Shown piece after piece: positions 37,761 through 50,500 of a stretch of 64,000 bases of DNA. The first letter of the stretch is position 1; the number at the start of each line of letters is the position of its first letter. Origin of the DNA: Phallusia mammillata (lineage: Eukaryota). The stretch lies in NCBI GenBank assembly GCA_965637545.1, contig OZ281494.1:13392001-13456000 (forward strand). The letters are read 5' to 3'. The notes below the pieces were generated by a model, which was not told the origin of the DNA, did not search any database, and saw only the letters and a program-made list of their open reading frames with translations. The position numbers were made by a program, and so were the translations under genes.

Positions 37761-39988
37761 TTTAACGCGCCTTTTCAGTTCGGTCTAGACCTGCAGTTAA
37801 CAGTTGTTGCAAAGTTTATTCACAGTATAAAATCGGGCATATAAAAGTCGACGGGTAAAACACCTCTGCCCGTCATCACCACCAACCACGACTACCACGT
37901 GGATTCCCTGCCACGTCGAGTATCGCCACTTACAGAAAGCACACTGGGGGCGCCACAGAGCACATGTGACGTAATAATTATGTAACACACTCCCCCTACC
38001 ACATAAAATAGAGTGTCCACACTCAATACGACATACCACGAAAACGCATATGACAGCACAGAACGTACGACGTTACGCCACCAGTTTTTACACCAAATCG
38101 CTCTTAAACAAATTAAAGCAATAACTGCATGCGGGCACAAAATAAATAAACATACGACGTGATAAGTGCTTGTGGAACGCATTATTAATTAAATTAAGGC
38201 CCAGAATCAAATACAAGGAACTGGAGTCAGTGAACAATCGTGAAAACATTGTTGTGCAAATAAAAAACACAATAAACTAGCAGTAAATTAACAACAAAAC
38301 ACAGGAAAAACAGTTAAACAAAAACAAGACACAACGCAAAGATTCTATAAGTCTGATTTGAATGACAACAAAAAAAGTGAAATTAAGTGAAACAAAACAC
38401 AAAAACATAACAAACGAATCTATTAGGTCACGGCGGCGGAGTAAAATGGTCTATGATGAACAATACTCGGTGGTCGTATATTAACGCGCTCCACAAACTG
38501 TGGAATATGTTTTCGTGGTGCAAAGTTTGCACCCAGTGATAGAAAACCGTCGGCATTCTTGTTTGCCTCTTCCCATAGATCGTCGGCTTTCTCGTGGACA
38601 CTTTGTTGACAAAATTCACCCCATTTCGGTTCAGGGTTCTTCAAAAGCACAGCACATGTTTTTCTCAACCCTCTCTTAACATGCACACTAGGGACAAAAT
38701 TAGACGTACCCGTGCACCCGTTCCTTTGTGCAAGATATGGAGCTTCGGTAAAGCGATTGCGAGAAACTTTAGCAACATTTACACAACGCGGTAACACTTC
38801 AAGGTTGCCGCCAGAGTTTCCAACTTTTTCTCGTTTGTGGCCGCCTTTGACTGAAGCAACCATGCTTGCGGAACAAATCCTGTCCTTATTGACAACGACT
38901 CGGGTACCTGCGGCACACCCGCCTCTTCTAGTGCGTTCCAATTTTCGTTGGACAGAACATACAGCCGTGCTCTGCAGAGGTGTAGTTGGTTCAGGGTTAT
39001 ATACGTCCCCACAATTTGCTCGATTGTGGCCCTTTTTTCCACAGTGAAGGCACAAGGGTTTGTTATTCTGACAGTTCTTGTCGAAACCAACCTTATCTTT
39101 CAAGTCTTGAAGTTCGTGACGCAGTTCTTCAATCATTTCAAGCAGCACAGCTTGGTTTAAGAAAGATTGGTTGGCTGACATCGCACATATGCCCATATTA
39201 GCTGGACTTTCTGCAAAACACTCCGATTGCAAAACAATTTTACAAGCAGATGAAAAAGAAGGGCTCTCCAGACAAGAGTTTTCCCTTATTATTTTATCGG
39301 CTAAAAAACGATTTTTTAAACCGTTGGTCAGCACCAAAAAACACATTTCATTTCTCAGATTATCGTCATCCGGATATGACCCAACCGGAAAAGCTCCATA
39401 ATAAACATTCTGTCTGTTTCTTCCACTTTCTGGGTCCTTGCTACCAGGTCTTGTTTGGCCTTGTTCCTGAACACATTGCCGCCGGTCACTTTAATTCCAA
39501 GTGCCTTCAGGTCTTTGTAATCAGCCATGTACAAGTCACTGCCGCTTGCTTGCTTCATGTCAAAAATCACATCTTCCGGCAAGCTTGCTAAAAGCGCGTG
39601 GCGCTTGGCCGCTTCGTTAGCATCCACGCTTTGGCAAAAGCTTTCAAAACTTGCCAGAAAATGTACAAAGTTGCCCCCTTTGTCAAAGCGCGGTGGTGGA
39701 TAGTAAAAAGTCATACTGACGGATTAAAATGTTTAAAAAAAGGCATAAAAAATCTTCTCCCTGCAACAACTGAAGCAGGTCCTGGCGTGCTCGCCAATTT
39801 TGTAACGCGCCTTTTCAGTTCGGTCTAGACCTGCAGTTAACGGTTGTTGCAAAGTTTATTCACAGTATAAAATCGGGCATATAAAAGTCGACGGGTAAAA
39901 CACCTCTGCCCGTCATCACCACCAACCACGACTACCACGTGGATTCCCTGCCACGTCGAGTATCGCCACTTACAGAAAGCACACTGGG
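37761..39988 (-). mobile_element. Non-autonomous gag-only LTR retroelement (Ty3/Gypsy-like)
   Basis: Direct repeats 37761-37948 and 39801-39988 (two mismatches seen). 5' LTR ends ...GCGTTACA followed by PBS-like TGGCGAGCACGCCAGGAC (39796-39779). PPT GGTAGGGGGAG (38000-37990) precedes TG at 37989. No pol sequence. Confidence 0.85.
38423..39714 (-). pseudogene. Gag-like ORF split by one frameshift near 39370
   Basis: Capsid-like FLASFESFC...KRHALLASL...LVARTQKVEET..FIMELFRLG, then the zinc knuckle CLHCGKKGHNRANC (CX2CX4HX4C). No protease D(S/T)G seen. Confidence 0.8.
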
Positions 39989-42900
39989 TATTACGATTTA
40001 TGCGCAAACAATACCCTTCTTTTGTTGAAAACAATGGGTCAATAAAGGAGAGGAGAATCCTATACATTCTTGCTGTCGAGATCACAAAAAGCACAATCAA
40101 TCGTCAGTAAAAATATATATTCAAATAGCGGCACGTTTAAGCTGATGCGCGCCTTGTCCCTGGTGTTTGTCTGCAAGACGAATAAAATCTGCTTGTACGA
40201 TAAAGTTAGCTGAGTTTCACAGTTCTTGTAAGCTTGTATCGCCCCCAACTTTAAAAACTGTCACCATCAAACCCTCGTTGGACGAAATACCCATCGTTGA
40301 AGAACCCTGATTTAGCCTTGGGAAATTAAAAAATAACGCTATGAAACGAAGTCAAAGAGTAAATCCTCTTATGTCACAAAAAACAGGCGACCCAACAGAA
40401 TCTTCAGGCGACCCAACTTTGGGTCGCGACCCATAGGTTGGGAACCACTGATATAGATGATGCCAAACCGAAAAGCTAGTAACGCCAACAGAGTATTACA
40501 AGATAGGTGGACACGTGACTTCAAATCCCCTGTAAGATCAGTAATTTCTGACAACCATATGGAAAACTCGCTTCACATTGTTACATCGTCCATCTCACCG
40601 AATATTGCCAAACTTGTAAGAGAAAAAGAGTGCCATACTTTACATTGAAATGTCGACGTGTGGTAAAAACTTTGGGAACTTTACTACATCTTGGTATGTT
40701 TATTGTTCTTAGATTTGTAAACGAGGAGATTAGAATTGCGGTGTGAGGATTTTAATTATGAAACGGCCATTTGTAAGATTATAAATTAGCAATTTTTTTT
40801 GTACAAAGTTGTAAGGACTTTAACTTACGTCACGTTTAAAAGTTTTCGGTTTGATACGATGGTTTTAATAGCAGCACCGTGTAACACGGGTTATTTTTAA
40901 TACTTTTCCTAAAACAAAAGTTCTCATGTATTTTTCACTTACCCAACTGAGTCATTATCTTGGTCACGTGTACTGAACTGTTGATTGTTGATAACTGTAA
41001 ATGACACCAATCCAGTCATCGCATTACCAGCAGTCCCTGAATACCCACCAACGCAGAGACGATATTTATCAGTCGCCGCACCAACGGAAAATTTGCTATG
41101 AAATAAGCACCTCATGGTTATTATTTAAAAAAAAAACAAAAAAAAAACATAACCATTAAAACATGTTTTATTTCCGTACAAACATATACTCATTGCCACA
41201 ATGTTTAAATATAGTTCGGTGAAAGTCAAAACCGTGTGCAAATTCAATATAGCAATGATTCAGAGTATAGGGTAAACTATCGCCACGAAAATTAGGCCTA
41301 ATGCTTGTTGTGCTTCAGTAAGTATAACACACCTGTAAACAGCGTAACCAGATATATTGTTCAGACTTTTGAGTTCCACCCGAAGTTTGCATTGGGAACA
41401 ATAGTAAGCTTTGGTCCCTTGATAAAGGTTTTCAAGATCTAATCCAAAAGAAACAGTTTTAAACATTTAAATACGGCTTTAAAATTTAAATACTTATTAA
41501 AAGGTCGTGTTTTATTAAAAAAAGTTTGACACCCACCCCACCAAAATTCCCCTGCTGTGCTACCAAATCCTTGGGTGTAATTTGTCCAGTATTGTTCAAA
41601 ATCAACACTTCCGTCATACCGACGTTGGAACACCTAAACACAACATTTGTCCGTTTCCTTGTTTTTGAATAACAGATATTACCAATAAACACACCATGCT
41701 GCAAGCAACAATAAGCCCTAATTTCGTGTAAAAAATGTTAAAATTGAGCACTCAGACTTAAAAAGGAATTGTTGGAATCTTCAATCTGAATCTTGAAATT
41801 TTAAAAGAAACCGTAAATTTTGTGTGTTCACTATTTTTTTACCACGCCCAACTTACAAACCATCCCCTGTTGCAAACAACGTTAGTTCCTGACTTCAGCT
41901 GGTAATTTCCTGTCCAGTTTCCACTCCAACAGTTGGTGAAAACTAAGGAGAAATGCACATTACAAGTATGAATTATAAACCAAAATGACCAATTTGTGTT
42001 AAAGACCATTTTAAGCAATCGTGGTAAATTTGTAACACTCGTATATTTCACTGCAAGCACTAACAAAACTGTACACGAAAACCTTTTTGTCGCTCTCATT
42101 TTACGAGATATCAAACTATGTAAAGCTATTTGAGGCATTTACAAGTTGTTTGGTTTGGTTTGTTTTTCCAAAACTTTTACCCGTTTGACAATATTTCCCA
42201 GCAAATCCTGCCGGACAAAGACTGTTCTTACATTGGTTAAAGTCTGAAATAAGCCAAAAAATGCATAATGTGCTATGCTAAAAGTGGCACGATTGATTAT
42301 CGTTAAATTTTTTGATTTTATAAGTTTTTCAAAGACTGGGAAATAAAAACAAAAAGGAAAATGCAAATGAACAGATCCGTATATAGTGTTCCAAAATGCA
42401 AATGGTTATACATGCAGCTACGTGTAGCCATCAGCCAGGTTTACCACCTCCTACAGGATGTTCGTGGCCTTAATCAGTGGTAAATTCGAAATACCCAGAA
42501 ACTGCCAATGTGCTTTTTCTGCGTACGTATTAATTACCGAGAGTTTTTTTGCGGCTGCTGTTTAAGCAAGATACTAGTCCGTAGCACACAGAGATCTATG
42601 CAACGAAATGTACGTACATGTTTCACATCTTACACCAGTGTAGTTTGCTTTACATGTGCAGTAGAACCCATTGATGGCATCTATACATGTTCCGTTATTC
42701 TTGCAAGCATTTGGCACACAGTCGTTTACCGCTGTAAGAGCACAAACATGTCAATGCTAAATTATTCCATTCTTTGATTTAACACAAAACAAGCTCTGAA
42801 ACAGTGCGTCGATCGAGAATTCGCGTCCAAGCTAAATATATTTATAAAACTAAAAATACCTTGGCAAAACTAAACTGTCGAATTACCAACCAAAAATTAT

Positions 42901-44550
42901 TTTTTCTTTTAAAAAGTATTTCTACAACACCACGCACAACAAATTTAGTTTGATGTTATGTTAGATTGTAGAAATACTTTAAGCTCCTCGCAGTCCCTCT
43001 GAAATCGCTTGGCGGACCCCAAAGGGACCGGGGACCCCAGTTTGAGAACCGTTGACTGCAAACAAAGTATACCAAAGACGGAAGATTTGGCGTATAAGGT
43101 AGAAACATACAAATGTAAATCTATTTACAGTTGTTACCGCTGAAATGGATCAAACCTGTGCATGAAACAAGCGGTTTTTATACACCTCAATCCACATTAT
43201 CTTACTATTAGTGGCTCCTGGGCTGCAGGATTGACCAGCTTTTGCTGACGGTTCGGATCTGGTGTAATGGAAATATGTTGTATCGCTTTCTGTGCAGAAA
43301 GTATACAACTTTGAGAATGCATTCTGTAGTTTTACACGTTTACAACTATTTGTAAATACGCGCCAAAACACTGGGTTTATATGTAAAATTCCTTTTTTTT
43401 TAAGTCAAAATATATGCATTTTATGAAACTCCATGAAATGTCATGAACTTAAATTTTGAAGCCGTCTTAAAAAACAATCTCTTTTTGTCCAGAAATGGAT
43501 GCTTTTGCTAAAATAGGCAAAACATGTTTTTTGTTATGTCGCTCACCCGCTTGACTGCATAAAGAGCACAGATATATCGCTACAAAAATCGTTTTGTCCA
43601 TTCCTCTTCGTTGAACTATTACTATATACTGGTGCTTTGTGCAATGTTATATAACGCACTTCGTGTTACTTCTCTAGCGTAAATTATCTAAACGTTCGTC
43701 TGGCAGCCAAGTATGTCCTCGCTATGCTGTTGCTACTTCCTTGAGTTTTGCAGAACAAAATCTCAAGCAACAGCGCCGTATTAGGGTTTTGACATTTTTC
43801 CTTTCTTAATTTTCTCCTCATTTTTTCTGTTTGATCACATGGAAAATGAGTTTAAATCAATTTAATGCCAAACATGACCCCATAGTTTGTTTCCAAGGTC
43901 AAGAATCGCTGAATTAAGTTACGCAAATTGAGATCGAACACTGCAAAGGTTTACCGAGCAAGGTAAATGTGCACCAAGCGATGCATCAAAACGCTCACCA
44001 ACATATGCCAGTAATCCTTTACCCTCACAAGCAGATGTCAGATGCTATTCTTTATACTTCAATGACCTTAACACTTCAACTTGCAATAAAATATACCCAG
44101 ACGTGCGTTTACGGCTGCATAGTATTCAAATATGAATAACAGTTATATTGTATTAGAACAGTCATGTAAAGTGATAAAATTCTACAAGTAGAACCAATTG
44201 CACATTACAATTTACTTCCACCAAACACCTGGTTGTTTACCACATTGTAAGTCGTCGCAGCAACAAACATTGAAATAAAAACGGATAACCAAAACAGATA
44301 TTGCAACACAAACATGTCATACGAGGTTGTCAATAAATAGTGACACTGCATCTGCATGAAGCGAATACGAATGTTGCCCTCGGACGGGATTAAATATGTA
44401 CAAGGCAACGTTGGCTAGGTTCCTCGAAACTGTTAGTATACGAATCATAACACATTTTGGGCCATGTTTCTCAAATTTCTACAAACTGAGCCGGAAAATG
44501 TCACCAGCATCAGCTGATTCAGAAGGAATCTAACCCATTTTGGACCGAAC

Positions 44551-47500
44551 TTAGTTGACGGTGTGCTGCTGGGAACTTGATGTATTGTAGCGTGCTGTGC
44601 GATTCCTTTGGTGATGTTGAGTGGTTTGTGATTGCAACGACACCGTATAAGTACCATGACTGGCAACTGGAAGACGCAACGTACTTTGCACACGAGGTAG
44701 CCACGATTCCCTTACGTCACCTTTTCTCACGCACGTCAAAATAAAAATACTGCAACCCTATATGATAAAGATGGCTATTTTCTAGCAACTTAAGCTATTT
44801 TCTAGCCGCACAAAATATATAAGATTACATAGTAACTTATATAATCTTATGTATTTTGTGCTGCTAAAGTAGGGATTTTCAACCAAAACTACTGATCTAT
44901 TAAATTATTACTTACCTGTTTAACTTAAAATGCTAGCACAAAATCATATGACAAGCTTCGTTTAAACTTAAAAAGGAGTTGAATTGAACGTGAATTCTTT
45001 ATAATACAACAAGGGGTGACAGTTAAATTCGACTCCACATAAATCTCTGCACATAAAATAAAAATGCATATACCTGTAAAGAAGCGGCAATGGAAAATAT
45101 CCAACTCATGACCTCTAGAAAACCCGGACTGTCAGAAATCATCATAAAATATGCAATAAACCAAATCAAGCCAAGAGTTGTGCTGGTTGAAAGCGCAATA
45201 GCCAGGTGGTTTGTTGACGGTTTTGACCGAGGAACGGCATTCTAAGGGATCAGATAAATGCATGGTTACAAATTTGCAAACTTCTAAGAGTTACAATAGG
45301 CACTGTTTTTATCCATTGATTCAAAACGAAACAAACAATTAGACACCCGTTTGTGTGTCATCCTCAAGTGACTGTCAATGCCATTATTGACTTACCCTCA
45401 TGTTACGGCTGCGTCGGACAAGTGACGTTATAACCATGATGAAAACGATGACGTTGAAGACAAGAAAAACTCCGACAGGAAGCAAAAATGCAAAATACAG
45501 AGAAAAGTCTTTGATCCAACATGTGTTTTCAGCCAGATAAGAGGTAGGAAAGGCAGCTGGTGGATCTGTAAAAATGCCAAAATAATAGGAATAAAAGGTT
45601 TTGTGCGTGTTTTTCAGACATCTTAGTTCCAAAAGTAGTAAACGAGCTACCTTGACCGCACATAGGAGGTACATCTGGCATAGGTGCAGTGGCGGCAATG
45701 ACGATGACGTTCGTTGTCACTACAGCCAATGGAAATCCATAGGAAAACACAATTACTTTTGGCATATAATGCCCACCAGTGAAGTGAAACACCTATGCAT
45801 AATATTCTGACTTGAGTTACGAAGAGCTGTTGGCAACAGACGGTGTAAACCAGATTAGGCTTGTAACATTAAACACGCTCCAACATAAGCAAATAAACAT
45901 TCAATGAAAACTGTTACTATGATATTTTTACAGATAACTTACTGACAATAAATATGCAGATGCCCTTTTAGACATTTCTCCCCGCTATTAGCCGTTCAAC
46001 GTAGTCAAAACATTAGCTAACAAGATTTTGTGTAGTAATATATTTTGAACGTTTTTATTAATTCATCTTGTCCAAGTCATTTTACATATAAGTGGAATAT
46101 TAATATAATTGGTATTGACTCGAAAGTCATAAAATGTTCCCCCAGTGTTGCTTACTTGTATAATAGAGCGATAAAGATAGTGCGCATACACCGACATCCA
46201 GCACCAAGCAACCAACAGAAAGTAATGCAACAAGATGGCGCTAGTGACACAGGCTGCATCGTTCGGTCGGTTGTCTATCCCGAGTACAAAGATCAAGTAC
46301 ACGATAATCAGTGTAGCTGAAAGATGCATTAACATCTGCATGGGGCGTCGTCGTCTGATTTCCCTGCATAAATAAACATATAATGTTTGCGGTAAAGTTC
46401 ATTTGCAGTTTAGTTTGCTAGTTCAAACTTACCCAAAAGGTGTACTTATTTTATGAGAACTTTTTCTTACCTCGAAGATAGCAGAACAATGATGGTCATT
46501 AGCAAGCATAGGATTGACAGAGAAGAGCCAACGTAGGTTACTATTTGTAATGAGATTTGGGCCTGGACGCTGTGGATGTTCTGCAAAACGCGTAAGGTCA
46601 GCTAACACAAAATCTATGTTCAGATCACTTGCACCAATTAATGCCTTCTCAAACACAAATGACAGGTCACACTTTGCAATAACCCACCACAAGTAACGCA
46701 AAGTTGGTAAGGTGGTCGCACTCGCAACGTGGAGGGTTTGAATTGGGAACTAAACAACATCCGGATGTTGACCAAGAATCAGTGGTAAAATTCCAAAACA
46801 CGCAGCTTTGATTCACGAACTCTGCCTGAAACACAAATTCCGAAAAGTAGCAAAATAAACATTTACAAAAAAGAAAATGTATCACTCCACTCCACACATC
46901 AATAGGAACACGTATGTAACAAACCCCCGTGAATCGCCATAAACAAATACCTGAAGCGTTTCATCATTTTGATGCATCCCAGCTTCCGTTTCTTCACTGA
47001 ATGAAATTTCAACAGGTTGCTGAAGATTAGTTATCTGTCCGTCACCTCTTACGGCGGCAGAAATTACCTGCGTATATAATTTAATACCTGTATATATTCA
47101 CTTTTTCATGTCGTATCAGTTTCCAGGTTTAACGCATGTTAGAACCCAGCCAGGAACAACCACCGTCTTCAACTCGCACTCTTTGCATTGCAGTAAGTTG
47201 GAAACTTATTTGTTGTGTCTCATGAGCGTAAATTTGCATGTCTTGAACAATTTGCATGTATGCTTGTGTAATATCAGAATGTAATAGAAACACTCAACGT
47301 TACAACTACATGCTCTAAGACTGAAGCATCTCAACAAACACACCAGTAAACTGCGCCTTGTCAACACAACTTACTCTCTACCAGACAGCTCAACTTCTCC
47401 GCAAATAAGAACATTAAGGCTTGAGGTAAATACTCTCTTTTGAAAGGCAAACATATTTTTGTTTTGCGATGCCAACACCGCGCACATTGAGTTATGGGAC

Positions 47501-50500
47501 TGTACTATCCAAAAGGAGCAAATATTCGAATACTTTACTTCACTGAATTGATATTGTTACTCACAACATTGGGAGTTTCAGGAGATGGAAAAAGGTTGTC
47601 CCTGCGGTGAAGAAGAAATACTACGCGGCGGTCGTCAATGTTTCTGCGCGCCAAACGGTTGCTTGTGTTTGAAGGCACCAGTAGCTCCTCTGGAAGCCGA
47701 ATGGATGCCAATACTTCCAGAGTACCATTGTCATTAACAATCTCCGGACTAAAACTGGCCGCGCCGGGGTCTTCCACACTAACCACCTGGTAATTAGATA
47801 AAGAATTTATGGGTATATTTCCAAATAAACACGTCAATTTTTGAAACAATCAGGGCAACGGAATCCCAACCAATCGTGCTAAGGGTAGAACACAGCAGTA
47901 AAAAGTATGTGAACTTCGAAAAAAATTAAAACTGTCATATTAAGCCTGACCATTTCATTTTACCTACAGAACATGCATATCGTGAATTATGTGTATTTTA
48001 TTATTAAAGGACGTTGATTATGAGCTGCAACCATTGTAGGTTGGGAACTATAACATCTAACACACATTAACAACGCTTACAGATTCTTGTTCCTTGTTAA
48101 ACATCAAACTACTTTTAGATTCTGTTTGCTTATTGCACGCTTACTTTTGCTTCGATGTTCGGAGTTGAAGTAATAATCGACGTTTGATTGGGCGCCAAAT
48201 CGATCTGATAAGCCAGGCTTGTCAACGACTGCACCAATCCGGATCGGTTTACCATCAAATTTTCGTCGTTCACTGATTGGTTGAAAAAGTTTGTCACGTG
48301 GTCAGCGATAGCGATCACGTTTTCATAGGATGTGGTCGTTACCTGCACAAAAAATGACAAATCCAATACTTAAATAGTTCATATTTGTTTTGATTTGGTG
48401 CATAATACGGTAGTACAAAGTGCTTTGGTTAAGTCAGTGGTCACCAAACTATAGCCGGCGAGGTCATTTTATCTGGCCTGCGAGAGTATTTGGTCCTAAT
48501 AGATATCTTGGAAAAACAAAAGCTTGAGTTAAAGGTTAAAACATAATTTGATGTAAAAGTATTTCTGCAACAACATGTAGGATTAAGTTTACTTAGTTTG
48601 ATCCAAACGTAGTTTGTTACAAAACGGACCATACTAAAACAATCAATGCCTTTATTATTGTGCCCGAACAAATCTCTTGTTAATTGTGATGAAAATAAAT
48701 GAATTTAGCCTGTAGAAGAGATTCGATAATTTTCAACACAATTTTACCATTTTACAGTAGCACGATCTGACTCTACAAACGATTGCACTCTTGTTGGTCT
48801 TGGAAAACGCGCGTCAGGGTTTGTACCCTATGTGGCCCTCGCAAGATTGTTAATGTTATCCGGCCCGCAATAAAAAAAGTTTGGCGACCCCTGGGTTAAG
48901 TGAAAACAAACTTGGCAGCTTGGCATATATAAAAAAAAACTATTTTAAAAGAAACTACAAAAGTTGTTCATATATCTGTAAATTCTTATAACTTTACCAA
49001 TAATTGATAACAGTGCGTTTCAGTACAAACTCGTTTTGCACATGCATTTTTTCCGTAAAGTTTTTACAGTTAACTCTTATGTACCTCAACGTTGCTGGCA
49101 TTATTTGCCACGTCAACAAGGAAATTTATTGTTGAGCCCACTTCTGTCGTTGTTAGTGCAACCGGATTTGACGTTTGGATGTCTAACTGAACTAAAACTT
49201 CCTGCAGCGTGGAAGCAGTAATGGTTGACACTTCGGTCTGTAAAAAAGAACGTTGTGGCCACAAGTTTTAAACTATAACAAATGTCACCGATCTAAAGAT
49301 CAGATACATTTATAGATATTTAATTTAAGAAAAGTTAGGAGTTGATATGTAAGTTATTGTACATTATGGAGAATCTACAGTATTTGCAGTTGATTAAACC
49401 AACAAAATGGCACGTACTGATTCCACTATAGTTGAGATTGTATTCTGAGTACATTGAACTTCAATAAGGCTCGATGGGAGAAAAAAGGCAAACGATAAAC
49501 CCGATATAACGGTCTCTTGGCATCGTACCGACGCATCTGATTGGTCTGAATAAAATGAAGAATCTTTTTTAGCTTTTTCAGCATAGTTTACGTTTATTGT
49601 TCAACACGTATGTAATAGAGTATCACAAATACATTGCGTTGCTTCTTACTTGTAAACTGGCAAAGTTCGTTTGAATATTGAACAAAACCAGCAAAGACCC
49701 TTGGAAAGTTGAATGTGATTCCGCTGGGAGCTGTGACCGACGAAACATCGCAACTTGCTAAAAATGTTTAAAAGTTGTTTTTACTTTATTACGCTTAAAA
49801 TTTTGTAATTTTACTCCTAAAAAGGAAGCTGAATATCGTAGCTAAGCAAAAATGCCAAGCTACTATTTCGAATGAATTATACTGCAGTAAAACCGACCAG
49901 ATGCTATAAGGGATGCATTAGAAGCTATGCTTTAAAAAGGAACCAATGACTAACCAACGCAATCGCTAGTCTCGCAAGCGCAACGCTCTTCAACTTGTGT
50001 AAGATTTACAAAACCTCCTCCTTCGATTGTAGGGAATCCTCTAGAGTCGACCTGAACAAGCTGTCGTTGGCCGTTTATTGTCGCCAGCAAGTGACATGTA
50101 GAACTTCCCGAACAGTTTCGCAAGCAATAACCTAACCCGAAAATAAGTTCAGTTGTAAAATAAAAATATTGATAATTACGCTGGCAGTTTAGGTAAGGAT
50201 TGAATAGGCAATGAGCGCAAACTACCCGTATTTCGTCAATAATTATTATATTATCAACACATTGGCTCATTTAAAAAACAGAAATGACGTTGCAGGATAG
50301 CGGATCTTTCAACAAAAATATTCATAAAATCTTACTTTCAGTAGAAATTGGTTCGGAAAATTCGGTTAACGATGAAACTACACCGTTGTTGTTTGTACGA
50401 TACGCCACTTGGAAGGATCGACCGGACGGCAAAGGGCCGTTGCAGATGCGAGTTGTGTCGTCGCGATCGCAAGTTTGATCCTGACCTAAAAAAAACTTGG

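Larger units (their letters stand above)
37383..40450. mobile_element. hAT MITE hosting an LTR element
   Basis: CAGTGGTTCCCAACCT...AGGTTGGGAACCACTG; TSD ATACAGAT / ATATAGAT (7/8 match). Confidence 0.82.
37011..40648 (+). mobile_element. Internally deleted SPIN/Charlie-like hAT element, interrupted by the 37383-40450 MITE
   Basis: Left end CAGGGGTGTCCAACCCGTGGCCCGC at 37011. ORF 40457-40648 joins a transposase-like N-terminus (RKASNANRVLQDRW) to a transposase-like C-terminus (RSVISDNHMENSLHIVTSSISPNIAKLVREKECHTLH). Right TIR not found, and linking the left end to the ORF is inference. Confidence 0.6.
36757..43601 (-). pseudogene. Diverged EGF-EGF-FReD copy 4 (probable pseudogene) with a ~4-kb TE-filled last intron
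   Basis: Exon 1 43601-43547 ([18 protein letters not shown]). Exon 2 is 140 nt versus 132 (8-nt insertion). EGF2 has a 51-nt in-frame deletion removing 3 Cys. FReD exons lie at ~41.9-40.9 kb and the last exon at 36934-36757 (YVNCAAASRHTGGWWFNGC). Confidence 0.82.
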
